This document shows, in pieces, positions 63,993-64,000 of a stretch of DNA of 64,000 bases. The notes under the pieces are model-generated. The model saw only the letters and a list, made by a program, of their open reading frames with translations, made no database searches and was not told the origin of the DNA. Every line of letters begins with the position of its first letter. The stretch's first letter is position 1. Location of the stretch: the IMG/VR virus record IMGVR_UViG_3300008261_000001, positions 62,001 through 126,000 of that record; one strand, 5' to 3'. The translations under genes were made by a program, and so were the position numbers.

Positions 63993-64000
63993 GAGTACTT

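Noticed and set aside
1-64000. tRNA/rRNA genes, integrase or IS elements, alternative genetic code
   Set aside because: No cloverleaf or rRNA-like stretch, transposase or integrase was recognised by eye; long ORFs are intact in the standard code. tRNAscan-SE or Infernal would be needed to exclude small RNAs.
1-64000. Eukaryotic giant-virus origin
   Set aside because: SD-led, overlapping operonic genes, a peptidoglycan amidase, and RecA, DnaX, DnaN-like and NusG-like genes point to a bacterial host.

Overview
This looks like a 64-kb slice of a large (jumbo-type) tailed bacteriophage genome. It has Shine-Dalgarno-led genes in the standard code, an amidase endolysin and giant tail-fibre-like genes. 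No capsid, terminase or DNA polymerase gene falls in the window, so the taxonomic call is inferred. Layout: (i) 1-1.5 kb, a repeat-rich, skew-switching left edge with small paralogous genes; (ii) 1.5-24 kb minus strand, a virion/adhesion block (PA14 and LamG genes, two repetitive fibres of about 2,660 and 2,375 aa); (iii) 24-50 kb, DNA metabolism and regulation (PD-(D/E)XK nuclease, beta-clamp-like, DnaX, split SbcC plus SbcD, RecA, RuvC-like, SSB-like, dCMP deaminase, divergent GroEL, NusG-like, sigma-region-4-like); (iv) 50-64 kb, a large SNF2-like protein, a UvrD-like helicase and hypotheticals. The strongest novelty candidate is at 33.2-38.6 kb: a beta-class N6/N4 DNA methyltransferase split into three separately encoded module types. 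There are 4 catalytic DPPY modules, 3 variable insert modules and 1 SAM-binding module, chained by 4-nt overlaps and visibly mosaic. A second candidate is a putative late regulon. Six genes have a TTTAT(A/G) motif plus a hairpin covering the ribosome-binding site, and five of their proteins carry a K/R-x-A-S/T peptide that may be a capsid-targeting or protease-cleavage signal. TTATCC/GGATAA is also strongly over-represented. All product calls come from motif recognition by eye; no database search or folding calculation was run.
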